DNA of 32,000 bases from Erysipelotrichaceae bacterium (GTDB taxonomy: Bacteria; Bacillota_I; Bacilli_A; Erysipelotrichales; Erysipelotrichaceae). Location of the stretch: positions 60,001 to 92,000 of the forward strand of contig JAUVVC010000001.1 in NCBI GenBank assembly GCA_030604855.1, given 5' to 3'. Shown here one piece after another: positions 9,198 through 17,612 of this stretch. Under the pieces are notes generated by a model. It was given only the letters and a program-made list of their open reading frames with translations. It did not search any database and was not told the DNA's origin. The position numbers were made by a program, and so were the translations under genes. Every line of letters begins with the position of its first letter. Position 1 is the first letter of the stretch.

Positions 9198-11265
9198 TTA
9201 TATCAATCGAGAATTCAGTTGGTTGCGTTTCAACGAACGCGTTTTGGATCAGGCACGGTGGTCTACCGTCCCTTTTTTCGAGCGCCTTCGTTTTCTTTCG
9301 ATTGTTTACAGCAATTTGGATGAATTCTACATGGTTCGTGTCGGTTCACTCAGTGAGCAAAAAGGTTTGCTCAAGGCACCGGATAATAAAACCAGTCTGA
9401 CCATTGATGAACAACTCAAAGGCATCGGTAAGCATGTTAAAAAGCAGATGGCGGATCTCGGCGCGGTCTATGCACAATGGGCTTTGGAAGCTCAGACATA
9501 TCAGATCAAAAACCTTCAGCTCAAGGATCTGAAGTCGCATGATTTGGATTATGTGACGACCTATTTTCACAACATGGTTGAACATCTGTTGAGTCCGATC
9601 ATCGTGGATAAGGCACATCCATTTCCGCATCTGATGAACAAGCAGGTAGCGGTCAGTGTCTTACTGAAGCATGGATCGAAGACGATGCTTGCGTTTGTCC
9701 CAATTGACTTGAACCTCTTACCGGCAACCATCGTTTTACCCAAGAAACATCGCTTAGAATTTCTAGCCATCGAACAAGTGGTCTATGATTTTGTGGATGT
9801 GATTTTCAAAGGTTACAGCGTCGTGGAGAAAAACATCATTCGGGTCACACGGAATGCGGACTTGGACTGGGATACCTATTCCGATGAAGATTTGGATTTT
9901 CGCGATACGATGAAAAAGTTATTGAAGAAGCGTTTTCGTTTGAGTCCGGTTCGATTGGAAGTGAAGGTTGAGAGTGAACAGATCATCAAATCACTCTTGA
10001 AGACATTGAACATCGATAAGGATCATGTCTTCATGAATCCAGCACCTTTTAATTACACCTTCATGAGTGACGTTGAAAAGTTTTTGAGTCAACGCACCAA
10101 AGATGCGTTTTATCCTGCCCATGAATATCGTTATCATCCAGCGATTCAAAGTAAGGAACCCATCTTATCACAACTCAACAAAGGCGACCTCTTCTTTCAT
10201 TTTCCCTACGATGCGGCAACAGGCTTGATTCGTTTCATCCAGGAAGCTGCACAATCGCTCAAGGTCGTTTCGATTCGCATCACCTTGTATCGGGTCGCAA
10301 ATGTGTCGAAGATTGTAGAAGCCCTGATACAGGCCAAAGAAGCGGGTAAAGAAGTCATCGTCATCATCGAGCTTAAGGCGCGTTTTGATGAAGAGCACAA
10401 CATTGAATGGTCGAATCGTTTGGAAGAAGCGGGTTGTACCTTGATCTTTGGGGTTGAACACATGAAGGTCCATTCCAAAGTCTGTGTGGTCATTGAGAAA
10501 GACAGCCATAAGACCAAACTGTATACACACATCGGTACAGGCAATTACAATGAGCAGACTTCTCGTTTATACAGCGATTTCCATTTGATCACAGCGGATC
10601 AAACGATTGGTCAAGAAGCATTGTATTTTTTACAGTCGATCCAGATGGGTAATATCGAGCGTTTGAATCAGCCCTTCAATTCGATTATGGTCGCACCTTA
10701 TACCTTGAAGCAACAACTCCTCTCAGACATCCAAAAGGAAGCGTCCACTGATAATGGACACATCATTTTGAAGATGAACTCACTCACTGATAAAGACATC
10801 ATTGATGGCTTATATGCGGCGTCTCAAGCCGGAGTGAAGATCGATCTGATCATCCGTGGCATCTGTTGTCTGGTTCCCGGAGTGAAAGGCTTAAGTGAGA
10901 ACATTCGTGTCATTTCGGTCATTGGACGTTACTTGGAACACACCCGTGCCTTCTTATTCAAACAAGAGGGATCGTGGTTGAGTTATTTGAGTTCTGCGGA
11001 TCTGATGACACGCAATACGGAGAAACGTTTGGAATTGGCAGTCAAAGTGAAGGATCCACGTGTCAAGGAAGAAATACGTGCCATTCTCTTCTCCTATCTA
11101 AACCCTGAAATCAACCATTATCGTTTAGACGAAGAGGGGAATTATCTGGGGCATCGCTCGGACATCGATGTGCAGAACAAGCAATATGAACTGAAGGCAA
11201 GTCAAACACAAGAAAGAAGCTTATGGCAAAGAATAAAAGATCGGATATTAAAATATGAACGATAG
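9187..11265 (+). CDS. ppk: polyphosphate kinase 1
   Basis: N-terminal YINREFSWLRFNERVL and a 692-aa length. Contains PLD-like HxK elements (MKVHSKVCVV), GTGNYNEQT and YLEHTRAF, characteristic of PPK1. Confidence 0.92.
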   Translation: MNSNYINREFSWLRFNERVLDQARWSTVPFFERLRFLSIVYSNLDEFYMVRVGSLSEQKGLLKAPDNKTSLTIDEQLKGIGKHVKKQMADLGAVYAQWALEAQTYQIKNLQLKDLKSHDLDYVTTYFHNMVEHLLSPIIVDKAHPFPHLMNKQVAVSVLLKHGSKTMLAFVPIDLNLLPATIVLPKKHRLEFLAIEQVVYDFVDVIFKGYSVVEKNIIRVTRNADLDWDTYSDEDLDFRDTMKKLLKKRFRLSPVRLEVKVESEQIIKSLLKTLNIDKDHVFMNPAPFNYTFMSDVEKFLSQRTKDAFYPAHEYRYHPAIQSKEPILSQLNKGDLFFHFPYDAATGLIRFIQEAAQSLKVVSIRITLYRVANVSKIVEALIQAKEAGKEVIVIIELKARFDEEHNIEWSNRLEEAGCTLIFGVEHMKVHSKVCVVIEKDSHKTKLYTHIGTGNYNEQTSRLYSDFHLITADQTIGQEALYFLQSIQMGNIERLNQPFNSIMVAPYTLKQQLLSDIQKEASTDNGHIILKMNSLTDKDIIDGLYAASQAGVKIDLIIRGICCLVPGVKGLSENIRVISVIGRYLEHTRAFLFKQEGSWLSYLSSADLMTRNTEKRLELAVKVKDPRVKEEIRAILFSYLNPEINHYRLDEEGNYLGHRSDIDVQNKQYELKASQTQERSLWQRIKDRILKYER

Positions 11266-11518
11266 TTTAGATATCATCAATGCCCTTAAACAGTTGAAAA
11301 CGGGTAATCGTTTGCGTCTGGATGCGAAGACACAAACCATTTTCAGCTATCACCAAGATAAGATCGATGTGCATACGGATCATGCGCATCTTTTGATGCG
11401 TGAAGAAGATTTCATTGCTTTGTATCAGGACGCGAATTTTCTAGCTTATTCAAAGAAACCAAACATTGAGATTGAAGCAGAGAAGGATGAGGCTTATTAC
11501 ACTCAATGGAAAAAATAG
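11255..11518 (+). CDS. hypothetical protein (87 aa), translationally coupled to ppk
   Basis: The ORF overlaps the ppk 3' end by 11 nt and the next gene by 13 nt. I recognise no family. Confidence 0.5.
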   Translation: MNDSLDIINALKQLKTGNRLRLDAKTQTIFSYHQDKIDVHTDHAHLLMREEDFIALYQDANFLAYSKKPNIEIEAEKDEAYYTQWKK

Positions 11519-11769
11519 GCTTACCCATATTGCTCAGCTTGAATCTTTTTACGTTCATCTTAATGGGCTTGGATAAAACTTTCGCCATTAAACAACGAAA
11601 TCGCATTTCAGAGCGCAATCTTTTAAGCTTGGCATTTCTGGGTGGAAGCTTGGGCATGTATTTCGGTATGATCGTATTTCATCATAAGACACATAAAATG
11701 CTGTTTAGTTTAGGTGTTCCTTTAATGATGGCCGTTCATTTTGTCTTATTTTGGTATCTTAATCCTTGA
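11506..11769 (+). CDS. DUF1294 family membrane protein
   Basis: The segment GLDKTFAIKQRNRISERNLLSLAFLGGSLGMYFGMIVFHHKTHK matches the conserved DUF1294 core (DK..A......RISE..L...A..GG..G......HKT.K). Confidence 0.75.
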   Translation: MEKIGLPILLSLNLFTFILMGLDKTFAIKQRNRISERNLLSLAFLGGSLGMYFGMIVFHHKTHKMLFSLGVPLMMAVHFVLFWYLNP

Positions 11770-11796
11770 CTTGGAGTGTACTCTAAATGTTAAAGT
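11766..11796 (+). promoter_or_regulatory. MerR-type promoter: TTGACT - 19-bp spacer with dyad - TAAAGT
   Basis: The -35 TTGACT is at 11766-11771 and the -10 TAAAGT at 11791-11796, giving a 19-bp spacer. The spacer carries the imperfect dyad TTGGAGT-gt-ACTCTAA (11771-11786). It lies directly upstream of the MerR gene. Confidence 0.7.
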
Positions 11797-11837
11797 GATT
11801 GAAATTGAATCGATGTGTAAACATAGATGAGGAGAAA

Positions 11838-12236
11838 ATGATGACCATTTCAGAAGTCAGTAACTTGTATGATCTCAGTGCCGACACACTGCGTTACTAT
11901 GAGAAGATCGGATTATTGGATCCAGTACAACGCAATACCAGTGGTATTCGCAATTATCAAGAAAGTGACTTGCGGCGCATCGAGTTCATTCGTCACATGC
12001 GTAATGCGGGTTTGAGCATTGAGGTATTGATCCGCTATATCGAACTCTTTCACCAAGGCAATCACACCATTCCACAGCGTAAACAGATCCTCCAGGAACA
12101 AAGAAATCTCCTTAAGGATAAAGTTAAGGAGATGCAGGAAACCTTGGATCGTTTGGATTATAAGATAGAAAACTATGACAAGCTTCTGCTTAAGCATGCG
12201 GAAGAGCTTCAAGCCATACAGGATGAAGCGGAATAA
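11838..12236 (+). CDS. MerR family transcriptional regulator
   Basis: HTH MTISEVSNLYDLSADTLRYYEKIGLL followed by a coiled-coil dimerisation helix. The start is set at the ATG after the GAGGAG RBS (the track ORF starts at an upstream TTG). Confidence 0.88.
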   Translation: MMTISEVSNLYDLSADTLRYYEKIGLLDPVQRNTSGIRNYQESDLRRIEFIRHMRNAGLSIEVLIRYIELFHQGNHTIPQRKQILQEQRNLLKDKVKEMQETLDRLDYKIENYDKLLLKHAEELQAIQDEAE

Positions 12237-12953
12237 TCAGTTTTGCAGGATGGAAGCGATGAAGAATTCATGCATGATTTTAAAGACATCTTGATTGATG
12301 TCTTTTTCATCCAAGATGCGATGGGGGACATTCTTCAGGATGAAAAGTCGTTTACGTTTGTGTGGAATCTGGTCATAGGCATAATCACTGCTTCTTACGG
12401 GTATGGTCTGATCCGCCGTGCCATGGAAGATCAAGACGGGACAGTAGACCTGGGTGATGCTTTCCTTGCATTTCGCTACCACTTCACGAAAGGTGTTTGT
12501 GAAGTGATCCGGGAGCTCAGGATATTCGCTTTGGCTGACGGTATTGTCGGGTAAGCGTAATATCTGTCGTGCTTTATCCCCAACCGTTTCCATGACTGCT
12601 TTGACGGTGATGTATTCGAAACCTGGCGCAATGAGAACCAAGCGATCGACAGGATAACGACGTGCCAAATCTGAAGCGATGACCCCACCCATCGAATATC
12701 CGATCAGAATGATGTGAGAATGAGTCTTAAAGAGCTCTTTCAAGGGTTCTTCTGCACGTGCGATCCATTGTTTGGCGTCGATGTCATCCAACTGCGTCTG
12801 ATCGAAAAGCAGAGGGGCTACAAGGGAATAGCCCAAGGGTTCAAAATAAGCACGTAAGGTATCAAACTCATGGGTACGCCGGACCCCAAAACCGTGAACG
12901 CAGTAGAGTAGGGGCTTTTTGTCTTTCTTAAAAATTTTATCAAACCAGTTCAT
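12237..12953 (-). CDS. alpha/beta hydrolase (esterase/lipase-like)
   Basis: HGFG oxyanion-type motif (YCVHGFGV), nucleophile elbow GYSMGG, and late Asp/His (HGTADQTIP, VPHRIL). The start is set at MNWFDK after the GAGGTG RBS. Confidence 0.75.
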   Translation of the reverse strand: MNWFDKIFKKDKKPLLYCVHGFGVRRTHEFDTLRAYFEPLGYSLVAPLLFDQTQLDDIDAKQWIARAEEPLKELFKTHSHIILIGYSMGGVIASDLARRYPVDRLVLIAPGFEYITVKAVMETVGDKARQILRLPDNTVSQSEYPELPDHFTNTFREVVAKCKESITQVYCPVLIFHGTADQTIPVRSSDYAYDQIPHKRKRLFILKNVPHRILDEKDINQDVFKIMHEFFIASILQN

Positions 12954-13030
12954 TCCAGTCACCTCGATTTAACGATAACACTCTGAGCATTTTTTTGCAC
13001 TATGCTATAATTTAAAAAAGAGGAATGAAC

Positions 13031-13876
13031 ATGGAAAAAATAGCATGGATTGGAACGGGTGTCATGGGACATGCGATGGTCAGTCATCTCATCAAAGCGG
13101 GTCATCCGGTTAAAGTGTATAATCGCAGTCTTGAGAAGACAGCAGGCTTGGATGCGCAGGTTTGCTTATCCATTGAGGATGTTGTAGGTGATGTGGATGT
13201 GGTGATCACAATGTTGGGCTATCCCAAGGATGTGGAGGAAGTGTATGCGAAAATCTTCCAACACCAAAACACCAAACCTTTGTGCATCGACATGACGACC
13301 TCTGCACCGCAATTGGCGAAACAACTTGCCCTTAAGGCTGAAACGTATGGGATGCAGGTTTTGGATGCGCCCGTATCTGGAGGTGACATCGGAGCCAAGA
13401 ACGCCAGCCTTGCCATCATGGTGGGTGGCAATGAGGATGCCTTTGTAAAAGCACTGCCTTTATTTGAAAAGATGGGGAAAACCATCACCTATTGTGGTGC
13501 GAGTGGCAATGGTCAACACTGCAAGATGGCCAATCAGATCGTTGTAGCTGGGAATGTAGCGGCCGTAGCCGAAAGCATGAGCTATGCGATCAAACAAGGT
13601 TTGGACCCCAAACTTGTCCTAAAAGCCATCAGTGGCGGCGCTGCCGGTTCTTGGCAACTTACAAACAACGGACCCAAGATGATTGAACGCGATGAAAAAC
13701 CTGGCTTTTACATCCATCATTTTGTAAAAGACTTGTTGTTGGTGCTAAGTGAAGCTGAACGTGTGGATCTGGAACTTCCCGTCGTAAGTGAAGTACTGAG
13801 CAGTTATCAGACACTGGTGGACAAAGGGGATGCGCTGAAAGGAACACAGGCATTGATAAAGCATTATTTGGATTAG
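13031..13876 (+). CDS. NAD(P)-dependent beta-hydroxyacid dehydrogenase family oxidoreductase (3-hydroxyisobutyrate / tartronate-semialdehyde reductase-like)
   Basis: Rossmann motif IAWIGTGVMGHAM, LDAPVSGG, and the catalytic-Lys block GNGQHCKMANQ. The ATG at 13025 is an alternative start. Confidence 0.8.
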   Translation: MEKIAWIGTGVMGHAMVSHLIKAGHPVKVYNRSLEKTAGLDAQVCLSIEDVVGDVDVVITMLGYPKDVEEVYAKIFQHQNTKPLCIDMTTSAPQLAKQLALKAETYGMQVLDAPVSGGDIGAKNASLAIMVGGNEDAFVKALPLFEKMGKTITYCGASGNGQHCKMANQIVVAGNVAAVAESMSYAIKQGLDPKLVLKAISGGAAGSWQLTNNGPKMIERDEKPGFYIHHFVKDLLLVLSEAERVDLELPVVSEVLSSYQTLVDKGDALKGTQALIKHYLD

Positions 13877-13906
13877 GCGTGGTAAGATGAAAACAGGAGA
13901 ATCATT

Positions 13907-14836
13907 ATGAGAAAATTTCTAACAATCATCAGTTTGATTATGTTGTTAAGTTTAAGTGCCTGTGCACCTGCAAAGGCTCAGAAGACACCCGTCACAATCG
14001 CAACGATGTTGGACTCCGAGGGATCCATTTTAGGCAATATGATCATCTTGGCTCTGAATGCGCAAGGCATTGAGACCGTGGATAAGACGAATTTTGGAAC
14101 TCCGGATATCTTACGTGCCGCACTTGAGAATGCGGAAGTGGATCTGGTTGTGGATTATACGGGATCGGGTCAATATTATCACCCAGAGGATGCGAGTGAT
14201 ACCAGCATTTGGAACGATCCGATTGAAGGGTATAACTTTACCGCTCAACTTGACCGTGAGAAGAAGGACATCATCTGGTTGACGCCATCCCCTGCAAATA
14301 ATACGGAATCGATTGCCGTGACCCGCAGTTTCGCCTCAACAGAGAAGATTGTAAACATGGAAGACCTCGCGGCTTATATCAATGCGGGAAAACCCTTCAA
14401 ATTGATCGCATCCGCAAGTTTCGTTGAAAATCCAATGGGCTTGTTGGGTTATGAAGAAGCTTATGGATTCAAGTTGACCAACAATCAGATCATTTCCTTG
14501 GCTTCTGGAAACACAGCAGAAATGCTCAAAGCTTTGGCAGAAGGAACGAATGATGTGAATGCATCTTTGGTGTATGGGACGGATGGGGCTTTGGATAAGT
14601 TGGATCTTGTGGTCTTAGAAGATCCCAAACACATTCCTCCGGTTTATCTTCCCGCACCGGTCATTCGTAAGGCGGTCTTGGATGTGTATCCAGAGATTGA
14701 ATCCATTCTGAAGCCCATCTTCGAATCTTTGACTTTAGAAAACTTACAAAGCTTGAATGCAAAAGTGGCTTATGATGGTGAAGATGCAGTCATGGTTGCG
14801 GAAGCTTATTTAAAGGATAATGGCTTTTTAGACTGA
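13907..14836 (+). CDS. glycine betaine/choline/carnitine-type (OpuBC/OpuCC-like) ABC substrate-binding lipoprotein
   Basis: Lipobox LLSLSAC. Size and motifs (VDYTGSG) fit OpuAC-fold binding proteins. It is followed by Opu-type permease and ATPase genes. Confidence 0.75.
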   Translation: MRKFLTIISLIMLLSLSACAPAKAQKTPVTIATMLDSEGSILGNMIILALNAQGIETVDKTNFGTPDILRAALENAEVDLVVDYTGSGQYYHPEDASDTSIWNDPIEGYNFTAQLDREKKDIIWLTPSPANNTESIAVTRSFASTEKIVNMEDLAAYINAGKPFKLIASASFVENPMGLLGYEEAYGFKLTNNQIISLASGNTAEMLKALAEGTNDVNASLVYGTDGALDKLDLVVLEDPKHIPPVYLPAPVIRKAVLDVYPEIESILKPIFESLTLENLQSLNAKVAYDGEDAVMVAEAYLKDNGFLD

Positions 14837-15960
14837 TGAAAGATGGCATACGGCGTGGATTAAGTCTGATCTTGTTTTCGACACTTCTTTTCTTACCAAT
14901 GGGATTCTTCAAAGTGAATCGGGTTTTGAATGGAAGTGTCTTTTCATTATGGGATTTCGATTTCGTCTGGTTCTTAGTCCTATGCGCCATGTTTTCGACA
15001 TTCAGAGTGCATAATCGATTCATCTCACTGATACGAACGCTTTTCTTAATGGTGTTGCCGAGCATCTTGATTTATGTAAGTCAAGGCTATTTGATTACGG
15101 AATCCTTTGATCCCAATGTCGCACGCATCAGCCTAGGACCGAGCATCTATCTAGCCATCGTAGGCACATGGGTTTTACTAAGTACAGAAGAAAAAGGCAC
15201 ATTTAAAATTGTTGCGAGTCTTTTGGTGCTCTTAGCCCTCTTTGGCTTTGGAGCATTTCCAATGTTGGGCTTCTATAAGGAATATATCAATCGTCAGACA
15301 ACATTCTTCCTTGAACTTCAACGTCATTTAAGTTTGGCAGTGTCGTCCTTGTTGTTCGCATTGGTTCCGGGAATCTACCTGGGGTATCAAAGCACACGCC
15401 ATCCCCGTTTAAGAGAATGGATCATGGGCTTTGTGAATGGCTTTCAAGTGGCACCGACCCTATCCATGTTGGCGTTGTTGATGATTCCCTTGGCAAGCTT
15501 GGGTCAAAGTTTTCCTTTTCTAAGAGCTTGGGGTGTCAAAGGTGTGGGCTTCTTACCGGCGTTCATCGTCTTGAGTCTATATGCGCTGCTCCCCATCACA
15601 AGCAATACCTATACGGCATTCAAACAATTGGATCCCGCGGTCATGGACAGCGCAAAAGCTTTAGGCTTGAGTTCTAAGCAGATTTTTCGCAAGGTATCCT
15701 TTCCCTTGGCTTTACCCTTTATCATCACCGGAATTCGCATCGCTTTTATTCAAAACATTGGCAATACCATACTTGCAGGCTTGGTTGGAGGGGGTGGCAT
15801 GGGTTCGCTCATCTTCTTAGGCTTGGCTCAGTCCGCAACGGATTTGATCCTATTTGGAAGTTTACCGGTCGTACTTATGGCTTTGGGATTTGAAGTGATT
15901 CTGGAGTTCACTGAATTGCGTTTAAAGAAAAAGATGGGGGTTCTGTATGATCAAGCTTAG
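14836..15960 (+). CDS. ABC transporter permease (Opu-type) with a long N-terminal hydrophobic extension
   Basis: The C-terminal ~200 aa resemble OpuBB/OpuCB (EAA-like MDSAKALGLSSKQIFRKVSFPLALP). About 170 extra N-terminal residues form several predicted TM segments. The start overlaps the previous stop (TGATG). Confidence 0.75.
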   Translation: MKDGIRRGLSLILFSTLLFLPMGFFKVNRVLNGSVFSLWDFDFVWFLVLCAMFSTFRVHNRFISLIRTLFLMVLPSILIYVSQGYLITESFDPNVARISLGPSIYLAIVGTWVLLSTEEKGTFKIVASLLVLLALFGFGAFPMLGFYKEYINRQTTFFLELQRHLSLAVSSLLFALVPGIYLGYQSTRHPRLREWIMGFVNGFQVAPTLSMLALLMIPLASLGQSFPFLRAWGVKGVGFLPAFIVLSLYALLPITSNTYTAFKQLDPAVMDSAKALGLSSKQIFRKVSFPLALPFIITGIRIAFIQNIGNTILAGLVGGGGMGSLIFLGLAQSATDLILFGSLPVVLMALGFEVILEFTELRLKKKMGVLYDQA

Positions 15961-16894
15961 TCAAATTCGTAAACTCTATGATACCCAAGAAGCGTTACGC
16001 AATGTGGATCTTCAAATCGAAGATGGGGAATGTGTCGTCTTGATTGGACCCAGTGGCTGTGGGAAATCAAGTCTATTGAAAAGCATCAATCGTATGATCG
16101 ATATCGATGCAGGAACCATTACTTTTTTCAATCAAGATATCCAATCACTGCCTGTCGAACAATTAAGACGTAAGATCGGTTATTGCATTCAAGGAGTAGG
16201 TTTATTTCCTCATATGAATGTGAAGGAGAACATTGCGATTCTGCTTCGTATCTTGAAGTGGAAGGAAGAAGACATGGATCGAAGGGTGGATGAACTTCTC
16301 GTGATGAGTGAATTGCCCTTGAGTTATAAAACAAAGAAACCCCATGAACTTTCAGGTGGAGAAGCGCAACGCGTCGGGGTCTGTCGTGCTTTGGCAACCG
16401 ATCCACCAGTGCTCTTGATGGATGAACCCTTTGGGGCTTTGGATCCGATGACGCGTGAGAAGATACAAATCGCATTTCGAGACATTCAACAGAAGCTTCA
16501 TAAAACCGTGGTCTTTGTGACCCATGACATTGAAGAAGCCATTCTTTTGGGGGATCGCATCGCTTTGATGAATGAAGGTCAAATCGTTCAGTTGAGCACA
16601 CCAGAGGCTTTGATTAAGGACCAAAAGGAAAACTTTACGAAGAGTTTCATTGGTCAAGATTATCCGCTCATGGTGCTTAAACGTTATCGTGTGCGTGATT
16701 TAGGTCTAAAGCCTCATTCAAATGAAACGGTGACACATGCAATCGATCTGAATACCAATCTGAAAGAAGCCTTGGCCTTGTGCATCAAGCAAAGTGAGCC
16801 AGTTGTTTTCAAAGATGGACAAGAAACATATCAATTGAAGTATTCCGATATCTTTACTTTTATTCGAGGTATGCAAGATGAAGCAGCTCATTAA
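15947..16894 (+). CDS. ABC transporter ATP-binding protein (OpuCA/OpuBA-like, short C-terminal regulatory region)
   Basis: Walker A GPSGCGKSS, signature LSGGEAQRV, Walker B VLLMDEPFGALD, and H-loop VTHD. The C-terminal tail is about 75 aa. Confidence 0.85.
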   Translation: MIKLSQIRKLYDTQEALRNVDLQIEDGECVVLIGPSGCGKSSLLKSINRMIDIDAGTITFFNQDIQSLPVEQLRRKIGYCIQGVGLFPHMNVKENIAILLRILKWKEEDMDRRVDELLVMSELPLSYKTKKPHELSGGEAQRVGVCRALATDPPVLLMDEPFGALDPMTREKIQIAFRDIQQKLHKTVVFVTHDIEEAILLGDRIALMNEGQIVQLSTPEALIKDQKENFTKSFIGQDYPLMVLKRYRVRDLGLKPHSNETVTHAIDLNTNLKEALALCIKQSEPVVFKDGQETYQLKYSDIFTFIRGMQDEAAH

Positions 16895-17591
16895 ACATCG
16901 TGTGTCGATAACGTATGCAGTGCTCTTTCTGGTGTGGATTTTTCAATTCGATTGGATTAAAATGAACATCCTTTTCTTCATCAATGATCAAAATCGTTTG
17001 GTTCAACGCATCACACTCGTGGAATTGGCTGTCCAACACATGCAAATTGTCATTCTATCCAGTTTGATTTCAGTTGCCATTGCTTTGGTCTTGGCGTTCA
17101 GTGTGCATCTATCCCAGTCCAAAGAATACCGTGATCTTATCCTTCAGTTCAGTACGATCGGGGAAACCTTGCCGACAGCAGCGATCATTGCCTTATCAGT
17201 GCCCATCATGGGCTATGGAAATGGACCACTGCTTTTGGCCTTAAGTATCTATGGCATCCTTCCTATTTTGAGAAACACTTTGGAAGGCTTAAGCAACATC
17301 CCACGGTCCATCCATGAAGCAGCCTTGGGCTTGGGCTTGACCTCAATGGAGCGTCTGATTAAAATCGAATTGCCATTGGCCATGCCGAATATCTTCACAG
17401 GCATCCGGATTGCGACCATCATCAATGTCTCTGCCGCAACCATTGGTGCGACCGTAGGGGCGGGTGGTTTTGGGGTGATGATCGTTTCAGGCATCCGTAC
17501 CTATGAACCTCTTTTGGTTGTGCAAGCTTCGGTACCGGTTATTCTTCTCGCTTTGTGGTTCGATCGCGTTTTGCGTGTGTCGTCTCATTAA
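16878..17591 (+). CDS. ABC transporter permease (OpuCD/OpuBD-like)
   Basis: Multi-TM protein with the EAA loop IHEAALGLGLTSMERLIKIELPLAMP. It overlaps the ATPase gene by 17 nt. Confidence 0.8.
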   Translation: MKQLIKHRVSITYAVLFLVWIFQFDWIKMNILFFINDQNRLVQRITLVELAVQHMQIVILSSLISVAIALVLAFSVHLSQSKEYRDLILQFSTIGETLPTAAIIALSVPIMGYGNGPLLLALSIYGILPILRNTLEGLSNIPRSIHEAALGLGLTSMERLIKIELPLAMPNIFTGIRIATIINVSAATIGATVGAGGFGVMIVSGIRTYEPLLVVQASVPVILLALWFDRVLRVSSH

Positions 17592-17594
17592 AAA

Positions 17595-17612
17595 ATCTGC
17601 ATTTCTGCAGAT
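17595..17612 (-). terminator. short hairpin plus T-run downstream of the Sua5 gene
   Basis: On the minus strand, ATCTGCA-gaaa-TGCAGAT is followed by TTTTT. The stem is only 7 bp. Confidence 0.45.

Noticed and set aside
16128-16657. Two long antisense ORFs (157 and 101 aa) inside the ABC ATPase gene
   Set aside because: The plus strand has unmistakable Walker A, signature and Walker B motifs. The antisense frames show no features.
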